Positions 40,187 to 49,119 of a DNA stretch of 64,000 bases are shown in pieces. Where the stretch lies: the IMG/VR virus record IMGVR_UViG_3300033121_001601, positions 1-64,000 of that record. The stretch is one strand, 5' to 3'. The notes beneath the pieces were generated by a model. That model did not search any database. It saw only the letters and a list, made by a program, of their open reading frames with translations, and was not told the origin of the DNA. The DNA comes from an uncultured virus (IMG/VR IMGVR_UViG_3300033121_001601) (Duplodnaviria > Heunggongvirae > Uroviricota > Caudoviricetes). The number at the start of each line of letters is the position of its first letter. The first letter of the stretch is position 1. The position numbers were made by a program, and so were the translations under genes.

Positions 40187-43100
40187 TTATGGCTTCGCAG
40201 GAGCCTCAGAAAAGCCACCGAAAGCGAGAGCGGGGGAACGGCCCTTGCCAACACCGAACACGAATACCCCAGGCTGCTCAGGGATCATTCTCCAGGGGTC
40301 AATCACCACAGACCCGGCAGGGAACTTGTAGTCCCGGAATACTGCATGGTGTGTGCCAATAAAGAAGCACTTGGCAGGACCGTTAGCATACGGATTCACC
40401 GTCTTATCCTCAGCATTATCCACCCAAGGATCATACATCTCAGCCTCGATGCCCCTCTCGGCCAGGATGTTCTTCAGGAGGATCGCAGGAGAGCCAACCT
40501 CAAGGTTGGTCTGCTCCTTGAACGCCTTTCCGAGAATGACCACCGGGAGGGTCTTGTATTCCTTGACACCGAAGTCATCTGCGGAATAGATGGCTACCCG
40601 ACGACTCTTCTCAACCAAGTTAGCCAGGAAGTCCGTCTGCTTCTCCCGAGCCATCATGATGGCCTCATGGAAGTCAAAAGTCATCCCCAGCTTCCTGGAG
40701 AGCCAAGAGAGGGCGATGTTGTCCCGAGGGTGGCAGTTGTTTGATATACCTGATGTAGTCAGATAGTTGTGAGTTCCTTCAACATTAAGGTTGTACACAG
40801 TACCCTTGTAGTCTTCCAGTTCTACCTTGACAACTTGGTGGTAAGATACACCATCAATTACCGGGATTTCTCGCTGGATAAACTGTGCAATCGCTGGTTT
40901 ATGGTTTTGTTCACCAAGCAAGGTGCAAAGCTTTTGAACATATTGGTCATTTTCAACTCTGACCTTCCATTGAGGTTTTCGATTGCACCCATCATTGCTG
41001 TTTTCCTTTTCAACAGTAATTGTTGGCACAATGCCAAACTTCCTGAGAATGAAGTAAAGGTTAGAAGCCAAGACCTCAGAAGTGGTTGTGTAGCTCAAAC
41101 CCTTGCCATTCTTCATGTTGCATCCATCCCCTGCCCACATGCTTTGTACCAATGGAGTCAACACTTCTGGTTTGGCAAAAAGCAGCCATGGCGGGATTGT
41201 CTTCTTTGAAGAACCTCTCCCAAAGTCGTTCAAGAGCTTGCGTTTCAGGTCAGCAGAACTAATCCGAATATCCAAGCCATTTCGCTTGTTGTGCTTCTTT
41301 GCTGAAACGCGCTTGCTAGGATACAAACGCTTCAATGATTTAGTGAGATCGGTATGCAATTCAGTTTCATTGGAATGGAAACTGAAAGCAACACGAGGCT
41401 CATTAGCGATAGAACCTTCTGCAAGATAGTAACCAGCTACCTTCAAGTAATCCTCTGTGGCATGCTTGGGCATTGCAAAGTCTTGGTTGTGTGCCTCAAA
41501 TGGGAAAAGAATGTGATGCCTGTTCGGTTCCAGTTCCCAGCCCTTGACTTCTTTTACTGTTGTCACCTTAGTTTTATCTTCCAGTTCGGCCACCAAGAAC
41601 GTGTGGTCCAAGGTAAACTTCATGGCAGGCAAACCTTTTACATGCACATTCACAAGTTGTGAGTGATAAGGTCGCCTATACGTTTCAAGCACCTTGTGAA
41701 ACTGCCCATCCGAAGACAACACCATGTCACCCTTCTGGATATCTTTGGTCTGTCTCACTCCTAACTCCGTGAAAACATTACAGTTTTCAAGGGTGCATCC
41801 CCCACCGTCTCCCATGCCTGCATTCAGGTACTTCGTAGAGATGAGACGTTCCTTCCCCAGTTTCAGAGCCGAAGTCACCTCATCCACATCTGCTCCGGTG
41901 TGGTGACAGATTTCCATGAGGTTGTTGACAAAGGCAATCTTGGTGGAGATGAAGGTGTTGCCCTGCCATGAGCATTTGCCATTTCTTCGCGTCAAAAACA
42001 CATGATTCTTAGGCAGGACGGCACAATAGATCATGCCCTCGTATTCTAGCACTTCCTCATACTTCAATCCAACCTTGGATGAACGCTGAAATAGGGATGT
42101 TCTGCCTGTGAGCTCGTAGATAAGGTTGCAAGGCTTGTTTGAAAGCTCACTCTCGTAGACCCGATATGAGGGGAAGTGGCCTGCCTTGATAATCAGCTCG
42201 CCAATGTCCGCTGCCATCTGCTCTGACGAGGTGGCGTAATAACGATCAAACTCCCCGGTGGGTTCGCCATTGAATCTAGTTCTTGCTTGCTTACTGCCAT
42301 CAGCTTGGTTGTAAACATCCAAGAACAGCCTGATCTCCGGACGACCAAGCTCCTTGAGCCATGATGGCACGTACTTATCAAATGACTTGCCAAACTGGCA
42401 CAGGTATTCCCCGAGTTCGGCATGGTAGAAACTGACACCTGACTCTTGCTGGCAGATTCCATTGCTGCTTCCAAGAGCAGCTTGCAGCGCGGCGACGTTC
42501 TGAACGATGGAATTGTACTTTTCCAAATTTTTGGAACGGTTCTGAGAAATGATAATTTGGTAGGAGTTCTCAGAAACCTTGGTTGTGCATCCTTCTGCCA
42601 AATACCAAGCCATGAACTCAGTCATAAGCTCTATCGGAACTTCTCCAAACCCCAGGTTAACGGTTTCTGGGGACTTTAGGTCCCAGTTTGTGTGCCTGAG
42701 AAAAGCAAATGATTTCCTCTTGATAACTTCATTTGCTTTCTCCAGCTTCCACTTGTAGGAGTAGCTCTTGCCATTGGCTGACTTAGAGCTGAGTGTGCCG
42801 ATAAACATATTGTGCCCTGGAGTGACAAACACATCATCCTTTCGACTTTGGAATCGAATCATAGGTCCCTGGTGGTAACGGCCAACGATTTTGTCTGGCT
42901 TTACCCATTCGGGCACGAGGGTGTCTGGGTTCAGACTGAGTATTTCGTCCTTCTCGGTAACATTCGGAAACAGCTTCCACCCACCCGAAGTCAAAACTTC
43001 TGTGTCTTCCGAGTAGCAGTTATAAGCAACCTTCACAAGTTCAGCACTCTTGATGGAGCATCGATAGAACGGAGCGTTGTGGATGGTCTTGTAGAAGGCT

Positions 43101-43657
43101 TCAGCGAGATCAGCCGTCTTCTCGTCACTCATTCCAAAAAGAACGAACTCCGGGTGAGTGAAGTCGTACCTTGTGGTGCCCATGGCGATGAAAAAAGGGT
43201 TGTAGCAAAGCTTAAAGTGCTTGCCCAAGTGAGGAATCACCTTGGAATCCATGGTTCCTGGGAGCACCGTGGAAATGACCACCACGGGCTTGTCCTTGCC
43301 GTTCTTCTCAATGGCTTCATTGAGCTGCTTGCAAGCTTCAATCAGGTAAGTGTAATCAAAATCCACACGATCTTCTGGGATTCGAGTCACGCCCTCGTAT
43401 CGTGGGTTGTGTGGCGTCTGAACGGCCACAAAGATCAGGTCCGCAAAGTCCACCATCTCCTGAACGGAAACCACCCGAATCTTGGTGTTCTGCAATAGCT
43501 CAGGTGTCCCTTCCTCTCGGTAGGGTATTTGCTTTGTCCTGATGTACTCAGCAACAGCAGGGTTTGGGTCATAACCCACAACCTCGTGTCCAGCCGCTTC
43601 AGAAGCCAGGGCACATGGTAGCCCCAATTTTCCGAGCCCACAGTATCCTACACGCAT
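40187..43657 (-). CDS. ugd: UDP-glucose/GDP-mannose 6-dehydrogenase with two inteins
   Basis: GLGKLGLP Rossmann motif, AVQTP, STVLPGT, NP.F, AEL.K..YN|TF..KI.F.N and GGG|CHPRD. The spliced product would be 448 aa from ATG 43657. Confidence 0.9.
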   Translation of the reverse strand: MRVGYCGLGKLGLPCALASEAAGHEVVGYDPNPAVAEYIRTKQIPYREEGTPELLQNTKIRVVSVQEMVDFADLIFVAVQTPHNPRYEGVTRIPEDRVDFDYTYLIEACKQLNEAIEKNGKDKPVVVISTVLPGTMDSKVIPHLGKHFKLCYNPFFIAMGTTRYDFTHPEFVLFGMSDEKTADLAEAFYKTIHNAPFYRCSIKSAELVKVAYNCYSEDTEVLTSGGWKLFPNVTEKDEILSLNPDTLVPEWVKPDKIVGRYHQGPMIRFQSRKDDVFVTPGHNMFIGTLSSKSANGKSYSYKWKLEKANEVIKRKSFAFLRHTNWDLKSPETVNLGFGEVPIELMTEFMAWYLAEGCTTKVSENSYQIIISQNRSKNLEKYNSIVQNVAALQAALGSSNGICQQESGVSFYHAELGEYLCQFGKSFDKYVPSWLKELGRPEIRLFLDVYNQADGSKQARTRFNGEPTGEFDRYYATSSEQMAADIGELIIKAGHFPSYRVYESELSNKPCNLIYELTGRTSLFQRSSKVGLKYEEVLEYEGMIYCAVLPKNHVFLTRRNGKCSWQGNTFISTKIAFVNNLMEICHHTGADVDEVTSALKLGKERLISTKYLNAGMGDGGGCTLENCNVFTELGVRQTKDIQKGDMVLSSDGQFHKVLETYRRPYHSQLVNVHVKGLPAMKFTLDHTFLVAELEDKTKVTTVKEVKGWELEPNRHHILFPFEAHNQDFAMPKHATEDYLKVAGYYLAEGSIANEPRVAFSFHSNETELHTDLTKSLKRLYPSKRVSAKKHNKRNGLDIRISSADLKRKLLNDFGRGSSKKTIPPWLLFAKPEVLTPLVQSMWAGDGCNMKNGKGLSYTTTSEVLASNLYFILRKFGIVPTITVEKENSNDGCNRKPQWKVRVENDQYVQKLCTLLGEQNHKPAIAQFIQREIPVIDGVSYHQVVKVELEDYKGTVYNLNVEGTHNYLTTSGISNNCHPRDNIALSWLSRKLGMTFDFHEAIMMAREKQTDFLANLVEKSRRVAIYSADDFGVKEYKTLPVVILGKAFKEQTNLEVGSPAILLKNILAERGIEAEMYDPWVDNAEDKTVNPYANGPAKCFFIGTHHAVFRDYKFPAGSVVIDPWRMIPEQPGVFVFGVGKGRSPALAFGGFSEAPAKP
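40736..41797 (-). mobile_element. Intein 2 in the UDP-sugar dehydrogenase (LAGLIDADG), 354 aa
   Basis: Starts CTLENCNV; T.DH block B; GYYLAEG and MWAGDG; VYNLNVEGTHNY block F; ends SNN|C. Confidence 0.9.
41957..43018 (-). mobile_element. Intein 1 in the UDP-sugar dehydrogenase (LAGLIDADG), 354 aa
   Basis: Starts CYSEDTEVLT..GW; VTPGH; WYLAEG and NQADG; ends RRNGKCSWQGN|T. Confidence 0.9.
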
Positions 43658-43658
43658 T

Positions 43659-44441
43659 TTAGCCTTCTTTCCACTTCCACTTGAAACCACCCGCACTAGG
43701 ACGGCCCCCATTGCAACACCTAGAAATTGATTGATACGCAATTCCCACGGCAGCTTGTGCTTCTTTCAAGCTGTCAAATTCTGCAACCAGAATACCTGTT
43801 ACTCGATCCAATTGTACAACAGCTTTTTCATGTTGTTGGATGACAGCGGCCATCTTGTAACGAGTCTCAACAGACCACTTGTGACCATAAGCAGGATGAT
43901 TTGAACCTTTTTTCCCAAAATTGGGATGCTTTTCACCAGAGTTCAACTCACTCAGTTTCTTCTTGGTAGCTTCAGATAGCACTTTCCCCTTATGGGCTTC
44001 GCTGATTTTCTGCCGTACATTCTCCGACAGGTGCTTCCCAAAGTTGACATGCTGGTCCCCTTTGCCAAACCATGTCCTGCTCATTTTGGCCATAGCTTCA
44101 GGTGAGTGCTTTTGTCCTCGAAAAGTTTGCTCAACACTGCACATGATGTTGTAACAGTACTCTTTTCCAGCATGTTCATCCAAGAGTTTCTGTTCAGCAG
44201 CATCTAGTTCAATGGCAGGCAGGAGTGTCACAATGCTCATTTCAAAGGCATCTGAACCGTGTTTGTTGAAAGCATGCTGAAGACGTGGATTGTCATGAGT
44301 GCCTTTGGTTAGGTGTTCACAGTGATCTCGAAAGCGCCTACGAAGGTTGTCAGACTGGCCATAGTAGCACTTGCCATCAAGAACATTCCGTATGCAGTAT
44401 AGACCACACAACCGTTTCCCTTTTGGAGCTTCAAACTTCAT
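43659..44441 (-). CDS. GIY-YIG homing endonuclease
   Basis: GLYCIRN..GKCYYGQS..R..H, E, YN; NUMOD3 repeats; AGGFKWKW tail. Confidence 0.9.
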   Translation of the reverse strand: MKFEAPKGKRLCGLYCIRNVLDGKCYYGQSDNLRRRFRDHCEHLTKGTHDNPRLQHAFNKHGSDAFEMSIVTLLPAIELDAAEQKLLDEHAGKEYCYNIMCSVEQTFRGQKHSPEAMAKMSRTWFGKGDQHVNFGKHLSENVRQKISEAHKGKVLSEATKKKLSELNSGEKHPNFGKKGSNHPAYGHKWSVETRYKMAAVIQQHEKAVVQLDRVTGILVAEFDSLKEAQAAVGIAYQSISRCCNGGRPSAGGFKWKWKEG

Positions 44442-44510
44442 ATAGCCAAGTATGAGCCAAGCTTACCCAATTACACATATCCACTTCATGAGTATGAACA
44501 CAGGGGAGGT

Positions 44511-45119
44511 TTAGAGGATCAAAAGGCAACTCACTCCTGGGGTGTCGTACACGGTAAAAAGATTGAGCCGAAGAAACGTTTTGTATTCGAATTCCTTGAA
44601 GAACTCGATCCACTGTTCCTTGGTTTTGCAGTTGATGTGAGTGGGGTCTTGACGAGATACTTCCAGAGTGAAGGTCTTCCCGCCATCCGTTGAAGACGGA
44701 ATTCGAACCAACAAAGCCCTGGGATTCGTCTTGGTTAATACCTTGGCAATCTCTTGGTCCGTCATGTGCTCGAAAACATCCAGAGCAATCAAGAGGTCAG
44801 GCCGGCTGAAAACTATATCATCAATCGACTTGTGAACAAGAAGGCCATTCTTTTGGGCTATTTCTCTGGCCCAGTCAGAGATTTCCACGCCGATTGTATT
44901 CTTCAGACCAGCCTCTCGGAGACCTTCAATCAGGAAACCAACAGCGCACCCGAAGTCAATGATCAAGCTATCACGATCAACCAGACTAATAGTTCGAAAA
45001 AGGCCAGCCAGCTCATAGGCTGTTTTCTTGTAGCGGTCGGCTCTCTCCAGGTAGTCGGCATAGTTGGAAGATTGGTAATACTCTGCTGTATAGACGCTTG
45101 GGTCAACTGGTCCCGTCAT
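44511..45119 (-). CDS. Class I SAM-dependent methyltransferase
   Basis: IDFGCAVG, GVEISDWA, DVFEHM and DPTH. Confidence 0.85.
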   Translation of the reverse strand: MTGPVDPSVYTAEYYQSSNYADYLERADRYKKTAYELAGLFRTISLVDRDSLIIDFGCAVGFLIEGLREAGLKNTIGVEISDWAREIAQKNGLLVHKSIDDIVFSRPDLLIALDVFEHMTDQEIAKVLTKTNPRALLVRIPSSTDGGKTFTLEVSRQDPTHINCKTKEQWIEFFKEFEYKTFLRLNLFTVYDTPGVSCLLIL

Positions 45120-45418
45120 GGCTTGCCCTCTAGCACACTAACTTGACCAAAAAACTCCGATTTGGCCATCTTGCCCCCATATCGGCTCATGATCCCTTTT
45201 CGGGAACTGGACTCCTTTGAGACAGTCTTCAGGCCAGCTTTCCGTAGTTGCTTCTGAAGTGCAACCTGTGGGTCTACCTCAAAAATGGTGGGAGAAACTT
45301 GCAATGGCACGTAAGGTGCGTGGATGTATCCAGCATCCAAGAAGGTACGTCCCTTCATTTGGAGCTGTGAGGTTGTAGGGAAGTAAGGATCCTTGTGGAT
45401 CTTGTACTGTCGGCTCAT
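45116..45418 (-). CDS. Major-capsid-protein C-terminal fragment with inserted QLRKAGLK motif (ORF C)
   Basis: Y..KDPYFP...KG..FLDAGY..APYVPLQ.SPTIF...RKGIMSRY..KM..EF.G is a gp23-family C-terminus. ATGA-coupled to ORF B and in frame with ORF A. Confidence 0.75.
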   Translation of the reverse strand: MSRQYKIHKDPYFPTTSQLQMKGRTFLDAGYIHAPYVPLQVSPTIFEVDPQVALQKQLRKAGLKTVSKESSSRKGIMSRYGGKMAKSEFFGQVSVLEGKP

Positions 45419-45955
45419 GTTGTGTAGAGAATCGCTCCTGAGAGGGTTCCTAGGTTGGCGAAAGAAAAAACTAGGGGGAATGAACCCTTGAAACGCTGGT
45501 CTACCATTTTCAGGCCAGCCTTTCGAAGCCGTTGCTCCAGGGCTACAGACTCCACACTGGCATAGATCGAACCGGAGTGATGGTAGTGCCGATACCCCAC
45601 TGAGCAGGTTCCTGGCTGGTTGCAGGATGATTGATAATAGGCTGACGTGAGCAACAAGTGGTGCTGGTTGTACGACGAGCCAGAGTGAACGGTCAGAGCA
45701 CCAGACAGGTTCGAATGGTTCTGGCCGTATGAAAGGAAGTAAACTGAGCATGTCATGACGCTTTATTGACTCCAAGTCTCTCAGGATTTCAGCGTCAATG
45801 TCTTCTGAGATGCTCTGTGCCAATTCTTCGGTTAGCCTACTCTCCGGAGACGTGACCTTCAATCCAGCTTTACGCAGTTGCTGGTAGAGATGCTTTGACG
45901 TTTCCCAGGTTTCTTGAGTATGTTTCCAATGCGTTGGCGTCCAAGTCATGGTCAT
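45116..45955 (-). CDS. ORF A: capsid-derived helix plus QLRKAGLK motif; reads open through ORF B into ORF C (279 aa)
   Basis: WTP and LTEELAQSISEDIDAEILRDL resemble the gp23 motifs WT.E and L...I..EI..EIL.DL. Confidence 0.55.
   Translation of the reverse strand: MTMTWTPTHWKHTQETWETSKHLYQQLRKAGLKVTSPESRLTEELAQSISEDIDAEILRDLESIKRHDMLSLLPFIRPEPFEPVWCSDRSLWLVVQPAPLVAHVSLLSIILQPARNLLSGVSALPSLRFDLCQCGVCSPGATASKGWPENGRPAFQGFIPPSFFFRQPRNPLRSDSLHNMSRQYKIHKDPYFPTTSQLQMKGRTFLDAGYIHAPYVPLQVSPTIFEVDPQVALQKQLRKAGLKTVSKESSSRKGIMSRYGGKMAKSEFFGQVSVLEGKP
45415..45756 (-). CDS. Small protein with ALEQRLRKAGLK motif (ORF B)
   Basis: Has its own ATG; its stop overlaps the ORF C start (ATGA). Carries the same peptide motif in a different frame from the 279-aa ORF. 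Confidence 0.55.
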   Translation of the reverse strand: MTCSVYFLSYGQNHSNLSGALTVHSGSSYNQHHLLLTSAYYQSSCNQPGTCSVGYRHYHHSGSIYASVESVALEQRLRKAGLKMVDQRFKGSFPLVFSFANLGTLSGAILYTT

Positions 45956-46559
45956 GGTAACAATCGCCAGCCCTTTGTTTGAGAAATTTTGCCTCGAATC
46001 AAAGCTCCCAACCCTTGAGGTAAAAGTCCGTGCATCTTGGAAAAGGCATTAAGGTTGGTGATAGGTCCGAAAACTTCTCCGGTAGGAGATAAAGCTTCAC
46101 ATCAAAGGTTTTGGCCATGTATGTCCGACCTTTGTGTGCTTCCCTAATTTTCCGTTTGTGCTCCTCGGAAAACTTCTTGCCAAGCTTTATCTGAGACCAC
46201 TTCCTTCGTTGCTCCTCAGTCAGCTTTGCGCCCTTGCGATTTGGTGGTTTGTTGGCGACCGCCTTCATGTTGTAACAGGCTTTGCAGCCATCCCAGAATA
46301 AATCAACCCACTCCTGCTCAATTCGATCTAGGTCTGCCTCCAAACAGGTCCGCATCATAAACATCACAAAGGCATCTGAGCCGTACTTGTCGTACGCTCG
46401 GTGCAAATGGGCATTCTCGTGTTTGCTCCGGCGAAGAAGCGAAGAATGCTCCTTGAACCGACGCTTCAGTCTGTTAGCTTGGCCAAGGTAGAAGTGGCCG
46501 TTCACCAAGTTCTCGATGACGTAAATACCAACAGAGTCAACAGCTTCAATGAGTTTCAT
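45952..46559 (-). pseudogene. GIY-YIG homing endonuclease with a 1-nt frameshift before the C-terminal HTH
   Basis: GIYVIEN..YLGQA..R. After CTTTAT (~46092) the alternative frame reads LSPTGEVFGPITNLNAFSKMHGL..GKISQTKGWRLLP*, ending in an ATGA overlap with ORF A. Confidence 0.8.
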
Positions 46560-47629
46560 GCAAAGTTCTTATCTGGCAAATCTTCTACTACATAAGACAG
46601 AAGTTCATTATTTCGAAAATAATAACAGTGCCAGCACTGGCCTTGGATGTCAATGTCATAGGGATTGCCTCCCGTCTTGAATTTGGCATTCATAGCATCC
46701 CAGGCTTCTTTGATCTTGTCCGAGTCGCATAGCTTCCAAGTGTCGTGATAGTTCCGATGTTTCAGAACATGGGAGGTGCACATGTACACACCGTTCCACA
46801 CCCAGTAGGGCCTCACCATTCCGACCCAACAACCACCTTGGTAGGGATGGAAGGTCTCTCCAATCTCCTTGATGAAGAACCTGGAGTGAGTGTCCACTGT
46901 CTTCACGATATCGCCCCAATCTTTCTTGATGGTAATGGAGTTCTCGGTAAGGCAGTCCGAGGCGATTCGAACGAACTTGATCGAAGGATTCAGTTCCACC
47001 AGTTTTGCGATCTTCTGGATGGACTCCACAGTGGTGCCTTCGTAGATGATGTAGCTGAATCCCATCTTGGAGACGGAAAATCCTGTGAAGTCGTAATCCT
47101 CAGGGTTCTTACCTTCGTCCAGCTTGATGAGAGAGATTCGAATCCAAGAGAGCTTTGCAGCATTCTCTGGCTTGATATGCCTGGAAAGCTTCTCGGAGTT
47201 GGTGATAACCCCAATCTCGTAGCCCAAAGAGTGTGCCAACTCAATGATGTGATTGACATTTTTGTCCCCATCCTTGTAGAGCAGAGGGTTGCCACCTCCT
47301 GTGATCTCCACGGACTTGGCTCCCAGCTCTCGGAACTCTCGAAGACCCTTCTCGATCAGAGCAAAAGGGATCTTCTTGTCCACCGACCTCCAGGATACCG
47401 AGCAGAATGGGCAGTTGGAATCGCAAGCTTCTGTGGGAGCAAGCTGGATGGTGATTGGCTTGAAGGTTTTGTCAGCTTGGATGGAATGCAACACGTCAGC
47501 ATGTTGAAGGAGTTTTCCTCCCCAGGTAGAGTACGCTTGCGTCTGCTGCTCGTAACTCAGGTTCTCCTTCACAGGAGCCCCAACAGGCTGCTGCCCTGGC
47601 TGAATCACGTTTAACTTTGTTTTACCCAT
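46556..47629 (-). CDS. Radical SAM enzyme with SPASM/twitch-like C-terminus
   Basis: CDSNCPFC, ITGGGNP, ITN and RISL; C-terminal CW..C..CWHC. Confidence 0.9.
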   Translation of the reverse strand: MGKTKLNVIQPGQQPVGAPVKENLSYEQQTQAYSTWGGKLLQHADVLHSIQADKTFKPITIQLAPTEACDSNCPFCSVSWRSVDKKIPFALIEKGLREFRELGAKSVEITGGGNPLLYKDGDKNVNHIIELAHSLGYEIGVITNSEKLSRHIKPENAAKLSWIRISLIKLDEGKNPEDYDFTGFSVSKMGFSYIIYEGTTVESIQKIAKLVELNPSIKFVRIASDCLTENSITIKKDWGDIVKTVDTHSRFFIKEIGETFHPYQGGCWVGMVRPYWVWNGVYMCTSHVLKHRNYHDTWKLCDSDKIKEAWDAMNAKFKTGGNPYDIDIQGQCWHCYYFRNNELLSYVVEDLPDKNFA

Positions 47630-48014
47630 GTTGTTTCATCTCACGAATCTGCTGTTCCTCATCGAAGACGGTTGACCCACCCATCAAAAGTCCAAAATGA
47701 TTTTCATACCCGGTATTAGAGAAAACTTCATCCCCAGAAGCTTTACTCTCCAGTTCTCGAAACACAGCATCCGAAGACCCAAGAGACGGGTTGATAAAAA
47801 CCTGAATATTCATCCCTTTTCGGATGTACCGCCGCAGGGCATAGAACTCCGAGGAGCTTTTGTGGTCATCGTTATCCATCCACAACAAAACCTCTACTGG
47901 ATCAACCTTCTGACCCGTCTTGGCTCTCCAAGCTTCATAACCAACAACGCTGTCCAGAAATTTAAACAGGGTAGCAGGATCTTTTGGGAAATACACACAA
48001 ACAGTGATTGACAT
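47622..48014 (-). CDS. Truncated GT2-like paralog
   Basis: VEVLLWMDNDD..S and KASGDEV align with LEIVFYMDKDD..S and KIATGEI of ORF 48017. Lacks the GDD motif. Confidence 0.5.
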   Translation of the reverse strand: MSITVCVYFPKDPATLFKFLDSVVGYEAWRAKTGQKVDPVEVLLWMDNDDHKSSSEFYALRRYIRKGMNIQVFINPSLGSSDAVFRELESKASGDEVFSNTGYENHFGLLMGGSTVFDEEQQIREMKQHG

Positions 48015-48016
48015 GG

Positions 48017-48733
48017 CTATCCGATCTTGGTGTAGGTTCGAATGAACTCCTGGAGTTTCCGAGCATCTTCCTGGCGCTTGGGGAACATGTCATTATACAT
48101 CTGGGTCACATTGTCTCGATGGCCACGAGCCACAGTATCAGAGTAGGTCTGATCTCTTGGCTGCTTTCCGACGGCCCAGTGCATGTGCTCCGTATAGATA
48201 CGTGGCTCATAAACTCTCCGACCAATCATCGTGCTTACATCAGTGAGCCAAGTGTCATTGTAGTCACAGGAAAAGTACGGAGGTACGAAGTAGCCAACGG
48301 TATTCACCCAGTTCCGGTGAAGGAAACCGTGGGTGCCCAGCTTTTCATTTTGGATGCCGTCCATTCCGTGAACAAATACGATTTTGTCCGGCTGGGCATT
48401 GATGTGTTGCCTTACCAGAGTGTCCCACCCCTGGGAGCGGAAAATAATGTCATCGCCGCAATGCAGGTAGATTTCACCTGTGGCAATCTTCTGGCATTCA
48501 TTCCACATCTGGGAAAGGACAATTCTTTCTCCGCAGATGCCAAGGTGCTGTGGAGAGTCCATTCGTTCGAACTGCTCCAAGGAGTGAATGTCATCCTTGT
48601 CCATGTAGAAGACAATTTCCAGATTTTCCTTGTCGTCGGCTGTGTTCCAAGCAGACTCCCAGAGACGCTGCATTGCGTGGGGTCTTCCCCTGGTGGGTGT
48701 GAGAAGGCTGATCTTTGTGTTACTCATAGTCAA
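48017..48733 (-). CDS. Glycosyltransferase family 2
   Basis: ISLLTPTRGRP, WN, ATG..L..GDD, GWD, YND and EHMH. Confidence 0.85.
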   Translation of the reverse strand: MTMSNTKISLLTPTRGRPHAMQRLWESAWNTADDKENLEIVFYMDKDDIHSLEQFERMDSPQHLGICGERIVLSQMWNECQKIATGEIYLHCGDDIIFRSQGWDTLVRQHINAQPDKIVFVHGMDGIQNEKLGTHGFLHRNWVNTVGYFVPPYFSCDYNDTWLTDVSTMIGRRVYEPRIYTEHMHWAVGKQPRDQTYSDTVARGHRDNVTQMYNDMFPKRQEDARKLQEFIRTYTKIG

Positions 48734-49083
48734 ACAAACCTCTTTTCCCCATTCTCATGGATTCCCATGAAATTGGAATGTTCTCGAACCCAAGATTCTC
48801 CAGAAATATCCTCGTAAGTTACCAGGAACCTTGTTGGATCTTCACAGTCACGAGATACACGAACAACAGTATACACGGTGCCCTTGAAATGCCTCCACTT
48901 GGTTCCAGGAACAGGATCGAGGGGTTTGGGATCCAGGTTCTTGTTGTTTGATACGTTTCTGCCTCTGAGAACATCTCGGAGTTCTTGTACCTGTTTGGCC
49001 ATGACCAGATACGAAGTCTTCATCCAGGACTCAATTCCATAGCCTTCAAAAGACTTCACCAATTCTTCAAGGTCAACATCCAT
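48730..49083 (-). CDS. DUF1653-like domain protein
   Basis: G.WRHFKG..Y.V...D.E....V.Y....WVR...F...RF. Confidence 0.75.
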   Translation of the reverse strand: MDVDLEELVKSFEGYGIESWMKTSYLVMAKQVQELRDVLRGRNVSNNKNLDPKPLDPVPGTKWRHFKGTVYTVVRVSRDCEDPTRFLVTYEDISGESWVREHSNFMGIHENGEKRFV

Positions 49084-49119
49084 TGTTTGCTATTCTCCAT
49101 TCCTTGTGGGACATTTCTC

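Noticed and set aside
40736..43018. The two 354-aa inteins as a tandem duplication
   Set aside because: Their sequences and terminal motifs differ throughout; the equal length appears coincidental.
44900..44930. LREAGLK in the methyltransferase as a sixth copy of the tag
   Set aside because: It falls in the normal helix after SAM-binding motif I, where L..AG is common.
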